DNA of 64,000 bases from Chthonomonadales bacterium. GTDB lineage: Bacteria; Armatimonadota; Chthonomonadetes; Chthonomonadales; CAJBBX01. Numbering within the stretch: position 1 is the first letter of the stretch; each line of letters starts with the position of its first letter. The stretch spans positions 160,001 to 224,000 of the forward strand of contig JBBIPC010000002.1 of NCBI GenBank assembly GCA_037443035.1, written 5' to 3'. The notes under the pieces are model-generated. The model was not told the origin of the DNA, did no database searches, and saw only the letters and a list, made by a program, of their open reading frames with translations. The position numbers and the translations under genes were made by a program. This document shows positions 48,281 to 57,355 of this stretch, piece by piece.

Positions 48281-48333
48281 GGCACACTCCTCCGCCCAGA
48301 CACGTCCTACGCCTGGCGGAGGTGGGGGGGGCA

Positions 48334-48363
48334 GGCGGCCTGCATCTGGAAGAGCAGGCCGCC
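48334..48363. terminator. Hairpin between convergent serine hydrolase and cold-shock genes
   Basis: GGCGGCCTGC-N10-GCAGGCCGCC, a perfect 10-bp stem. Confidence 0.55.
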
Positions 48364-48385
48364 GTCTCATCGGGCCGCCAGCGGT

Positions 48386-48598
48386 TCAGCTAATGATCTG
48401 CACGTTAGAGGCGCGCAGTCCCTTGCCACGTGGGTCCTGTCCGACATCGAACTGGACACGCTGGCCTTCGCGGAGTTCGCGGTAGCCGGAAGCCTGAATG
48501 GCCGAGTAATGGACGAAAACGTCTTCGCCGTCGTCCTGAGCGATGAAGCCGTAGCCCTTGGTGGCATTGAACCACTTGACGGTGCCGACCTTAGACAT
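48386..48598 (-). CDS. cspA: Cold-shock protein
   Basis: 70 aa; [15 protein letters not shown] (RNP1) and DVFVHYS (RNP2). Confidence 0.95.
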   Translation of the reverse strand: MSKVGTVKWFNATKGYGFIAQDDGEDVFVHYSAIQASGYRELREGQRVQFDVGQDPRGKGLRASNVQIIS

Positions 48599-48725
48599 TG
48601 CGGAGCAACCTCCATACTGATTACATAGCATTTACGACAAGGCCAGGAGGCTCCGACAAGAAGTCTTCGTCTTTGCGCACTCGTCTTGGATGCTGATGCC
48701 GCGTTGTTCCCTTCGGGAACGCGCA

Positions 48726-48754
48726 AGTATAACACAACGCGCAGAGCAGCGCAA
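48726..48754 (-). promoter_or_regulatory. sigma70-type promoter of the cold-shock gene
   Basis: Minus strand TTGCGC, 17-nt spacer, TATACT with extended TG; implies a 5' UTR of about 120 nt. Confidence 0.65.
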
Positions 48755-48836
48755 GCGAAATGGAAAGAATCTCCTCTGCGTTCGCCCAGAGAGCATCGAA
48801 TGTAGTGCTGGACCGGCAGGATACTCCGGCATCCGC

Positions 48837-50243
48837 TCAAACCCGCGTTATCTCCCAGCCTAGGTAGTCCTCTAGAGCCTCCGTGAGCGGTTGCGCGACG
48901 TGATCCTCCGTCAGGCTTACATGGTGCCGGTGGCCTTGCTTGCCGATGGTGACGAGAACGTCCTGCAGGTCCTCCTTCTCCAGCACCCCAGCACAGCCAA
49001 AGAACTCGCTCGGGATCTCGTCGTCGGTAATCCGTCCCTCACCAATGTAGGCGCAGAGGCAGCCCGAATCCGTCATGAGACCACCGAACGTCACGGGCAT
49101 GGGCTTGATGCGCCCCTGATTGCATCCCCAACCGCACCCAGGTCCTGTGGCGTTAGCGAGTATGAAGTGATCCGTGACGACACCCTTGCCGCGCATGAGG
49201 CTTTGCGGCACGGGCCCACAGTGGAAGAGGATGCACTGCTCTTCATCCTCGCCGTAGTTGTTGTTCCAGTCCAGACATGCGGAAGCGTGGCCGGAAGCCA
49301 GGCTCAACGCACGCATGGCGATCGCGTTGCCAACGTCCACTTCGCATGCGGCGGCAATGCCCCGGTCGTTCAGATCGCTCAGCAGGACGCATGGCGAGAT
49401 CCCGAGCTGCTTCTGGAGTTCCAGCCAGCACCGGATTGCCAGGGCGTCCAGGCGCATCTCCTCGATGATGCGGTCCAGAACAACACCGAGCTTGGTGATC
49501 GTTGTGAAAGCGGCAGGCGGTGTGTCGCCCCATGTCGTATGGGCCAGGAGATCCGCTGCCTTCTCCTTCACTTCGGGGGCATCGTCTCCAAGATCTCGCA
49601 CCCGCGCGATGACATCGGCCATGTCCACGGTCTCTACCGTAATCCCGTGCCGCTGCAAGGCCAGTTCGTCAATGCGCACCGTCTTGAATGGGGTTGTTCG
49701 TGCGCCGATGGCTCCTACATTCATCTCGCGGATACCGTTGACAACACGGCACAGCCGATCGAAGTGGTCCACATTCTGGGCGAAAGCGCTGGACGATGGA
49801 TGGACCACATGGGGTTTCAGGGCGGTGAACCGCACTCCGTACTGCGAGAAGACGTCCATGATGGAGAACTTCCCACAGAACGCGTCGCGGCGGGTTGACG
49901 GTGCCATGCGGTGGAGCTCATCCGGATAAGCCTGGATCAGGATGGGCACTCCTGCGTCCTTCAGCGCCGCCACAGCGCCAGTCTCATCTCCGAAGTTCGG
50001 CAGGCAGAGGATGACCCCGCCATACTTCCCGCGGTTCGCCCGGAGAAACTCGGCGTACACTGCCCCCTCGGCGGGCGTCTCCACGGCGCCATGCCGGGTG
50101 GCGCCTCCGTCCAGGAGCAGTACCTCATGACCCAGTGCGCGGAGCGTGTCCGCCATTTCTCGCCGTGCTTCCGCGATGAGGGAAGCTGGGAAGAATCCTC
50201 TGTTCCCGAAGAACAGAGCGAAGGTTGTCTTCTTCTGTTGCAT
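48837..50243 (-). CDS. L-fucose/L-arabinose isomerase family protein
   Basis: GNRGFFP, PNFGDE, RRDAFCGKFS, ACEVD, FHCG and HHVSL motifs. Confidence 0.85.
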   Translation of the reverse strand: MQQKKTTFALFFGNRGFFPASLIAEARREMADTLRALGHEVLLLDGGATRHGAVETPAEGAVYAEFLRANRGKYGGVILCLPNFGDETGAVAALKDAGVPILIQAYPDELHRMAPSTRRDAFCGKFSIMDVFSQYGVRFTALKPHVVHPSSSAFAQNVDHFDRLCRVVNGIREMNVGAIGARTTPFKTVRIDELALQRHGITVETVDMADVIARVRDLGDDAPEVKEKAADLLAHTTWGDTPPAAFTTITKLGVVLDRIIEEMRLDALAIRCWLELQKQLGISPCVLLSDLNDRGIAAACEVDVGNAIAMRALSLASGHASACLDWNNNYGEDEEQCILFHCGPVPQSLMRGKGVVTDHFILANATGPGCGWGCNQGRIKPMPVTFGGLMTDSGCLCAYIGEGRITDDEIPSEFFGCAGVLEKEDLQDVLVTIGKQGHRHHVSLTEDHVAQPLTEALEDYLGWEITRV

Positions 50244-50263
50244 GGCCGATTACCTCTCGTGTA

Positions 50264-51172
50264 TCAGACGGTCGCCAGCAGCCGCTGGGCCGATCCTCCG
50301 ATTTCCAGTTCATCCAGTACGGTTGTGACGGTAGCTCTGTAGACTGCCTGCTGGGCGACGGCGACGGATACCTGCTTCGCCTGCTCGTACGCTTGCCGCA
50401 GGGCCGTGCCCACGTTGATTTTCGCAATGCCGTTCTGCATCCCTGCCTGAAGCGACTCCCGCGCAATGCCACTCCCACCGTGGAGAACCAGCGGGATGCC
50501 GGTAGCCTCAGCGAGCGCCTGCAGACGAGGGATGCTCAGCCGAGCCCGGGGCTTCTTGGCGCTCTTCGCCGCGCCCGAGATAGCGCCATGAATGTTACCA
50601 ATGGCCACGGAAAGCCAGTCCACCCCTGTCTCCGCGACAAAGCGTCTGGCTTCGGCGACGTCGGTGAAACCTCGGCCGGACGTAAAGAGCTCTTCGTAAT
50701 CCGGCAGGGGGCCTGTCTCGTGTCCGAGGACCGCGCCTAATTCTGCCTCCGCCGGCACGCCTGCAGCATGCGCCGCTTCGACCACGCGCCGTGTGGCGGC
50801 GATGTTCTCTTCCAACGGTAGCCGCGAGCCGTCTACCATGACCGAGTCATAGCCAAGGTAAAGGGCCTCTTCAATGATGGGCATGAAGTCCACCGTCACG
50901 TGATCCTCGTCAATGACGGGAGTGTGGTCCAGATGTAGTCGGGTGAAGCGCTCGTCCTTGACGCGTTCGTACTCCTCCCGAACGGCTCGGAGACCGCCCG
51001 CAGCGAACTTCTCCCACTCCAACCGCGCCACGGCAACGAAGCCGAACGTTCTCGTGTCCCTGAGGGCACTGACGATGGGCTCCATCATCGGAAGATAGGG
51101 AACGTTGAACGAGGGCACCGCGATTCCTAGCTCGCGGGCCCGATTTACCAAGATCTTGCTGCTGGGTTGCAT
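50264..51172 (-). CDS. Class II fructose/tagatose-bisphosphate aldolase family protein
   Basis: LHLDH, SVMVDGS, EAELG, SVAIGNIHG, LVLHGGSG and KINVGT motifs. Confidence 0.92.
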   Translation of the reverse strand: MQPSSKILVNRARELGIAVPSFNVPYLPMMEPIVSALRDTRTFGFVAVARLEWEKFAAGGLRAVREEYERVKDERFTRLHLDHTPVIDEDHVTVDFMPIIEEALYLGYDSVMVDGSRLPLEENIAATRRVVEAAHAAGVPAEAELGAVLGHETGPLPDYEELFTSGRGFTDVAEARRFVAETGVDWLSVAIGNIHGAISGAAKSAKKPRARLSIPRLQALAEATGIPLVLHGGSGIARESLQAGMQNGIAKINVGTALRQAYEQAKQVSVAVAQQAVYRATVTTVLDELEIGGSAQRLLATV

Positions 51173-51212
51173 GGATGCTGGATGCTGTCCTTTCCTAGGT
51201 AGCTATCTCATG

Positions 51213-51953
51213 TCACCGGCGCCTGACGCCGACAAACGCGTCCTGGGTTCTGTGCCGCGACCTCCCGTCCTGCAGGATGACGTGTTCCGACGTGAAGCCT
51301 ACCTCCATGAGAAGCTGGAGCCATACGTCCCGACTGAACAAGCCGAATATATGCGTCTCTTCGGCGGACCACACAGCCCCAGTCTTCGTCAGCAGATAGA
51401 CGAATCGGCTTGCGTAGTTCTCGCCAGTGTCCTCCAACCGCCCCGTACAGCGATGGAACCGCACCCTCTCATCACCCCACACGGCACTGCCGCTATACTC
51501 GTTTTCGGCAAACGTTTCTGCAGTGTACTCCGGAACGAAGACACCGACGCCTCCAGGCGCTGTGTGCTCGTAAGCCGTCGAGAGGGCAGCCTGCAGATCG
51601 GCGCGCGTAGCCATGTAGCTGATGGCGTCTTCGGCGATGACCGCGACGAACTGCCGACCGAGGCGAAGGGCACGCATGTCACCGAGGACGTGCTCGCATT
51701 CCGGGTTCATCCTTGCCGATACAGCTAGCATCTCCAAGGAGACGTCGGTCACTGTCACGCGGTACTTGCGGCTCAGATGATGCACCAGGCATCCGCCACC
51801 GGCACCAAGCGCGAGCACCGTGCGCCCTCGGATCTGCTTGCAGCGGCGGATAACGTCCGCGACGCGGTTGGCGATCCAGACGTAACGGTCTGGCGGTGAG
51901 AGCAGGGGCCACCACGGAGCAAGTTGGCTGTACAGGATGAGAGTTTGTGCCAT
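51213..51953 (-). CDS. Class I SAM-dependent methyltransferase
   Basis: VLALGAGGG, TDVSLEML, GDMRALRLGRQF and APGG motifs; motif I lacks the usual acidic residue. Confidence 0.8.
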   Translation of the reverse strand: MAQTLILYSQLAPWWPLLSPPDRYVWIANRVADVIRRCKQIRGRTVLALGAGGGCLVHHLSRKYRVTVTDVSLEMLAVSARMNPECEHVLGDMRALRLGRQFVAVIAEDAISYMATRADLQAALSTAYEHTAPGGVGVFVPEYTAETFAENEYSGSAVWGDERVRFHRCTGRLEDTGENYASRFVYLLTKTGAVWSAEETHIFGLFSRDVWLQLLMEVGFTSEHVILQDGRSRHRTQDAFVGVRRR

Positions 51954-52078
51954 TCCTGCAACTGATCGTTCGCTAGCGCCCTTGTTGAGACAGTGTTACC
52001 GTACAGAGCCGAGGGCGTCTGTGAATACAGCAAGATCCCGCTGCGTCCGAACGCGGTGGCCTCCTGAGGAATACCGAG

Positions 52079-53149
52079 GTGCCCAGCAAACTCGCCTGTC
52101 CGCTGTGCCGATCGCCGTTCGGCGACGAGTGCGGTGAATACGTCTGTGCTTCAGGAGCACACCGATTTCCGCTCTCCCACGGCATTCCGGACTTCAGCAC
52201 CCGCGAGCACTACTGGAACCAGCTTACCCCAGACCAGATGGAGTTCCTCTTGGATGTAGCCCAGCTCCGCGGCTATCGGTATGCCGTGGAGAACGTCATC
52301 GGCCTGTTCAAGGACCCCGAACTGAGCCGCTACGTGCTCGCGGCCAACCGTGCTGACTTTCGGGCGATTCTGCCCCTCGGACCCGACACGGAGGTAGTGG
52401 AGATAGGCGCTGGCTGGGGCGCGGTATCGTGCGGGTTGGCACCACACTGCCGCAGCGTCGTGGCGTTGGATACGAATCCGTATACGCTGCGCTTCGTCAG
52501 TCTTCGCGCCAAGGAGGATCAGATAGACAACCTTCTCCTTGCCCGATGCGATCCCTTGGACGATGGTCGCCTCCCGCTGGCGGAAGCCGGCTTCGATCTA
52601 GCCATCCTCAATGGTGTGCTCGAGTACGTGGGCAGCGCAACGGAGGACATCAGCCCGGATGCCGCTCAGCTTCGCGGCCTCAAGGAGGTACGCCGGATAC
52701 TCCGGCCTGGTGGCGCAGTCTATGTCGGCATCGAGAATCGCTTTGGCTACCTCTATTTCCTCGGGACGAGGGATCATGGCGGCCTTCGGTACACTAGCGT
52801 GCTGCCTCGCTGGCTCGCGAACTGCGTTATGCGCATGCGCATGCACAAGCCGTACCGTACGTACACGTACTCTTACAGCGGCTATCGCAAGCTACTCGCG
52901 CGCGCTGGTTTCAAAGATCCGCGCGTTTACATCGCGGTCCCGAACTACCGCGATCCACGGTTCATCGTGCCCGCCGATGACGACCGGGCTATCGCGTACC
53001 TGGTGCGTCGTTACGCATCCTACCTCAGGAAGCGATCCTGGCGCCTGGCAGCCCATGCGATCTTCGGGCGGGCGCCAGACTCCTTCTGCGGACAACTGGC
53101 GAGGGCACTGTCCGACTCCTTCCTGCTGGTAGCCGAGGCCGCCCCATGA
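52079..53149 (+). CDS. Class I SAM-dependent methyltransferase with N-terminal Zn-ribbon/Trm112-like segment
   Basis: LACPLC..C..H..GIPDF, VVEIGAGWG, FDLAILNGVLEY and LRPGG motifs. Confidence 0.88.
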   Translation: MPSKLACPLCRSPFGDECGEYVCASGAHRFPLSHGIPDFSTREHYWNQLTPDQMEFLLDVAQLRGYRYAVENVIGLFKDPELSRYVLAANRADFRAILPLGPDTEVVEIGAGWGAVSCGLAPHCRSVVALDTNPYTLRFVSLRAKEDQIDNLLLARCDPLDDGRLPLAEAGFDLAILNGVLEYVGSATEDISPDAAQLRGLKEVRRILRPGGAVYVGIENRFGYLYFLGTRDHGGLRYTSVLPRWLANCVMRMRMHKPYRTYTYSYSGYRKLLARAGFKDPRVYIAVPNYRDPRFIVPADDDRAIAYLVRRYASYLRKRSWRLAAHAIFGRAPDSFCGQLARALSDSFLLVAEAAP

Positions 53150-54129
53150 GCACCGAGCTGGTAGAGAAGATACTCTCGGCTGGCGTTCTCCCGCATGTGC
53201 GGCGCGGCCACGTTTCACCCGTCAAGCTGGACACGACGGCGTTGCCGGGCGGATCGCTGGTCATGCTCCTGTTCGTGAACGATGAAGCGGAGCCCTCGTA
53301 CGTGCTTCGAACGCCACGAACTCCGCGACAACCGCAACGTATCCTCACCAACTTCAACTCTCTCCGCTATCTCTCCCAGGTGCGGCCGGTGGCCCGTTCG
53401 GTACCCAGAGCCGTTTTCTGCGGGGACCTGGACGGTCTGCTGACTTCCATCGAGACGTGCGTCCCTGGCCTGCCACTAGCGGTCAATCTGCGCATCGCTC
53501 GCCACGAGGGGCGACGCGACGATGCCGCGCACCTGTTCGGCTTGGGTGCCCAGTGGCTCTGGAACTTGCACGCCGCCACGCGGGCCAAGACGCCCCTTGC
53601 ACCCTGCGGTCAGCAGGACGCCGAAGCTAGCGCCACCAAATCCATCTGCGCCCTGAGGGACGAGGGTCTGCTGACCACTGCTCAGGCAGCATCTCTTCTC
53701 TCCGCGGTCCGGCTCGCCAACGGTCCCACAATGCCTGTGTCACGTGTACATGGCGACTACAACCCCAACAACATGCTGCTTGACCGACGGAAAGGGGTAT
53801 CGGTCATTGACTGGGAGTTCTCGCGCACAGGATGGGCGCTCTGGGATCTGTTCACCCTGGCACGTACAGCTTGGTTCCATCCGGCCGGCGTGCCCGAACC
53901 CAGTGCCACATTGGCCCAAGAGGTCTGGGATCCGCGCACCCCCTTCGGCCGAGCTTTCGCCGTTGCATTGCGCCGCTACGAGCAAGCATGGGGCATCCAT
54001 CGAGCCCACTGCCGCCTTCTCTTCGGCGTGTACATTGCCCAGTACTTGACCGAGCAGCTAGGCTTGCCACCACTGCCGAGCGTACCCGAGGCGTGGAAGA
54101 CGCTCCTTCTTGCTGCCGTCGAGTACTGA
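53146..54129 (+). CDS. Aminoglycoside phosphotransferase/kinase-like protein
   Basis: HGDYNPNNML (Brenner motif) and VIDWE; ATGA overlap with the methyltransferase. Confidence 0.85.
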   Translation: MSTELVEKILSAGVLPHVRRGHVSPVKLDTTALPGGSLVMLLFVNDEAEPSYVLRTPRTPRQPQRILTNFNSLRYLSQVRPVARSVPRAVFCGDLDGLLTSIETCVPGLPLAVNLRIARHEGRRDDAAHLFGLGAQWLWNLHAATRAKTPLAPCGQQDAEASATKSICALRDEGLLTTAQAASLLSAVRLANGPTMPVSRVHGDYNPNNMLLDRRKGVSVIDWEFSRTGWALWDLFTLARTAWFHPAGVPEPSATLAQEVWDPRTPFGRAFAVALRRYEQAWGIHRAHCRLLFGVYIAQYLTEQLGLPPLPSVPEAWKTLLLAAVEY

Positions 54130-54148
54130 CGGAAGCGCGGCAGGGACT

Positions 54149-54514
54149 TCAATCGGCCGGCCTGCTCTCCGACGCAACGACGGGCGCCCCGCTGAACTCG
54201 AACTCAGGCCGCTCGAACACCGGAGGATGGTAGGCAGGCCGGAGCTGCACGCACCCGCGCTTGCAGGCTTCGGCGCAACACGCACAATGGATACATCGAA
54301 ACAGGTCGAAGCGGAGCACTTTGCTCGCCCGGTCTACCTCGATGGCGTTGGCGGGGCACCGCAGAGCGCAAGCACCGCAGAAGACGCAGTTCTCCTGCTG
54401 GAACTCGACCGCGCCGCGGTACCCCGGAGCGGGTTCCCGGGAGACGACCGGGAAGGGACGCGTCGCGGGCTTGGCTAACAGGTTACCGAGAATCCGACGG
54501 ATTAACATGGTCAC
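54149..54514 (-). CDS. echF: Ech hydrogenase 2x[4Fe-4S] subunit
   Basis: KPATRPFP, CVFCGACALRCP and CIHCACCAEAC. Confidence 0.9.
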   Translation of the reverse strand: MTMLIRRILGNLLAKPATRPFPVVSREPAPGYRGAVEFQQENCVFCGACALRCPANAIEVDRASKVLRFDLFRCIHCACCAEACKRGCVQLRPAYHPPVFERPEFEFSGAPVVASESRPAD

Positions 54515-55594
54515 TCAGCGCTCCGTGCAGCTGATGCAGGGGTCGATGGACAGGGTGATCACCGGCACATCGGCCATCTCGCAGCCAGGCAGCATGGCGA
54601 CGAGAGCCGGCACGTTGGCAGAGGTTGGAGTTCGGATGCGCAGGCGGTCCAGCCTCGTGCTCCCATCTGCGCTGATGAAGTAGATGAGCTCGCCACGCGG
54701 CTGTTCCACCCGCGAGAAAGCCCGTCCATTCGGTCGGCCACGCGGCCGAATGATGACATCGCCCTCCGGTATGTTGGCAATGGCCTTTCGCACCAGTTCG
54801 ATGGACTGGTAGCACTCACGAGCCCGGACGCGTGTTCGGGCATAGGAGTCGCCACCAGTCTCCACGATCGGCTCGATGCCGAGCTCGCCGTAGGCCGCGA
54901 AGCCGTCCGTGCGTGCATCTACTGGCACTCCACTGGCCCGCAGTACAGGACCCACGGCACCGAGAACGATCGCCTGCCCTGCAGGCAAGACACCCTTGCC
55001 AACGAGCCTCTTCTTAACAGTGCGATCCTCGAGAATTCCGTTCACCGCCACGTCCAGGGCCTTCTCCAGCGCATCCAGCTCACGCAGGATCATCTCCAGA
55101 TCCTCTGGGACAATATCGCGCCGAACGCCTCCGATAGTGCACGTTGAGATGATGACGCGGCTGCCTGCCGTTTTCTCGAAGATATCCATGAGGCGCTCGC
55201 GATTGCGCCAGAACTCCATGAATAGGCTCTCGAAGCCCAGTGCGTCCGCCAGTAGCCCCAGCCAGAGATGATGGCTCTGCAGCCGATGCAGCTCGCTCCA
55301 GATGACTCGCAGGTAGCGCGCCCGCGGTGGTACCTCCGCGCCCATCAGACGCTCGATACCCTGACAATAGCAGAGGGCGTGGATGAAGCTGCAGATACCG
55401 CAGATCCGCTCGACGAGGAAGACGTTCTGCGTGTAGTCCATGCGTTCGCCGGCCTTCTCGACACCACGGTGGACGTAGCCGATATGGGGAACCGCCTCCT
55501 TGACCGTTTCGTTCTCCAGCGTAAGCTTGAGCTGGATAGGTTCCGGCAAGACCGGGTGCTGCGGCCCGAATGGAATGGTTGTCCGATCAGACAT
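54515..55594 (-). CDS. echE: Ech [NiFe]-hydrogenase large subunit (group 4)
   Basis: PFGPQHP, L1 ERICGIC and L2 DPCISCTER with no C-terminal extension. Confidence 0.95.
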   Translation of the reverse strand: MSDRTTIPFGPQHPVLPEPIQLKLTLENETVKEAVPHIGYVHRGVEKAGERMDYTQNVFLVERICGICSFIHALCYCQGIERLMGAEVPPRARYLRVIWSELHRLQSHHLWLGLLADALGFESLFMEFWRNRERLMDIFEKTAGSRVIISTCTIGGVRRDIVPEDLEMILRELDALEKALDVAVNGILEDRTVKKRLVGKGVLPAGQAIVLGAVGPVLRASGVPVDARTDGFAAYGELGIEPIVETGGDSYARTRVRARECYQSIELVRKAIANIPEGDVIIRPRGRPNGRAFSRVEQPRGELIYFISADGSTRLDRLRIRTPTSANVPALVAMLPGCEMADVPVITLSIDPCISCTER

Positions 55595-55997
55595 CCCGCT
55601 TCTCCACCGGCCGCTCCTTGAGCATGGGTCGTTCCGGCCCACCCTCGGTCAGTAGCAACCTGCCATGATAGTCGAGCGCGATACCCGTGATCGGAAGCCC
55701 AAAGAGTTCCTTGATCTCGTTCTCCACGAGGAATGCTGCGAAGTAGATCCCGCTGATGCTGGGCACTTCCGTTCCCTTGGGGAGCACGAGATGCAGATGG
55801 CGCAGGTGGCTGCCCGAAGCGAAGTGATAGTAGAGTTCGAAGTTCGCCCCTGAGTCCAGGCACGTCATCGTTACGAACCGGAGCTGGCTTTCCATGGCAG
55901 CAGCCACGCGATCCAACAGTTCGTCCAGGAGGACCTCTTCCACGTTGGGTACCTGCACAGGCGGTTGGGCACTGGAATGGGCCGTCGCTTCACTCAT
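55587..55997 (-). CDS. echD: Ech hydrogenase subunit D (NuoC-like)
   Basis: RFVTMTC, LYYHF and PSISGIYFAAFLVENEIKELFG. Start at ATG 55997. Confidence 0.9.
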   Translation of the reverse strand: MSEATAHSSAQPPVQVPNVEEVLLDELLDRVAAAMESQLRFVTMTCLDSGANFELYYHFASGSHLRHLHLVLPKGTEVPSISGIYFAAFLVENEIKELFGLPITGIALDYHGRLLLTEGGPERPMLKERPVEKRDV

Positions 55998-56451
55998 TGG
56001 GCGATCCCGCGCCTTCCCGCAACTTCCGCCGTCGCTCTTGCATGCGCTGCACGGCCATGACGGCGCCTTCGATAATGGCCTCTGGCTTCGGAGCGCAGCC
56101 TGGCACCCAGACATCCACGGGTATGATCCCCTCCACACCTCCGAGGATGTTGTAACACTCGTGGAACACACCACCAGATAGAGCGCATGCGCCGATGGCC
56201 ACGACTGCTTTTGGGTCCGGCATCTGCTCGTAGAGATTACGCAGCACACGAGCGTTGCGGAGGTTGCAGGTGCCCGTTACCAGAAGCACATCCGCATGCT
56301 TCGGGTTGCCCATGTTCACCATGCCGAAGCGCTCCACGTCATAGACCGGCGTCAGGCAGGCTAGCACCTCGATGTCGCAACCGTTGCATGCACCCGCATC
56401 AAAATGCAGTATCCAAGGCGACCTCGCGCGAGCTCGGTCGAGCAATCCCAT
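55990..56451 (-). CDS. echC: Ech hydrogenase small subunit (NuoB-like)
   Basis: SPW..CNGCDIE, GNPKHAD, IGACALSGG and VPGCAPKPE. Confidence 0.94.
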   Translation of the reverse strand: MGLLDRARARSPWILHFDAGACNGCDIEVLACLTPVYDVERFGMVNMGNPKHADVLLVTGTCNLRNARVLRNLYEQMPDPKAVVAIGACALSGGVFHECYNILGGVEGIIPVDVWVPGCAPKPEAIIEGAVMAVQRMQERRRKLREGAGSPNE

Positions 56452-56491
56452 TGTACTATGCCTCCTCTTGTCTCACTTTCGCGAGGAGAGA

Positions 56492-57355
56492 TCACTGGAT
56501 CCTGGCCAGACCCACGTACCGCATGGCGAGGTTGGCAGCCGCAAGGCCCGCACCCCAAACCCACGCGAAGACTACGAGCCAACTCCATGTCAGACGCGCA
56601 GTAACATTGTCCAGGAGGATCACAGCCAGATAGGACCCAAGTGCCAGAAGCGCTCCTGCCCACCAGACGGTGTGCCATAGCAGCCAGTTGAACCCGAGAA
56701 TGAGTACGACCTCGTAGAAACGCGCAAGCTCGATGAGCGCCAGAGTGGGTCCTGAAAACTCGGTATAGACACCGCGCACCAGTTCCTGGTGCGCGTGATG
56801 AGAGCCGGATATGTCGAATGGTGATTTGTGTAGCTTGATACCGAGCACCATGGTCTGTGTCAGTAGAAACAGCGGCATACTCCAGAGGAGGGGCTTGTCC
56901 AGTTCGAGCAGCCGGCTCACCGAGAAGCTGTGGGTGTGAAGATAGATCCCCACCACCATGAAAACCAAGAGGGGCTCGTAGGCGAGCATCTGGAGCACTT
57001 CTCTCTGAGCCCCAAGCTGAGAATAGGGCGATTTCACGCTGAACGCCCCAAGGATGAGCATCACGGTTCCTAGCCCCACCACGAAAAGGAGCACGAGAAG
57101 GTCCTGGCCCAGCAACAGCATGAGCAGGCCCAATACGGTGGTCACAAGGTACAGGGATGCCGCAATGACCTGGAAGTTGTTGCATGCACTAGGAGCCTTG
57201 CCCAGCAGCTTTAGGACGTCGTAGAATGGCTGGAGCAGCGGGGGGCCTATGCGCGCCTGCAGGCGCGCCGTCAGTCGGCGATCTATGCCGAAGAGCAGTC
57301 CGCCCAATATCGGCGCGACGAGCACACCCAACGCGCCTATGGAGTACTCGTTCAT
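56492..57355 (-). CDS. echB: Ech hydrogenase membrane subunit B (NuoH-like)
   Basis: ARLQARIGPPLLQPFYDVLKL and KSPFDIS..HQELVRGVYTEFSG. ATGA overlap with echA. Confidence 0.92.
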   Translation of the reverse strand: MNEYSIGALGVLVAPILGGLLFGIDRRLTARLQARIGPPLLQPFYDVLKLLGKAPSACNNFQVIAASLYLVTTVLGLLMLLLGQDLLVLLFVVGLGTVMLILGAFSVKSPYSQLGAQREVLQMLAYEPLLVFMVVGIYLHTHSFSVSRLLELDKPLLWSMPLFLLTQTMVLGIKLHKSPFDISGSHHAHQELVRGVYTEFSGPTLALIELARFYEVVLILGFNWLLWHTVWWAGALLALGSYLAVILLDNVTARLTWSWLVVFAWVWGAGLAAANLAMRYVGLARIQ

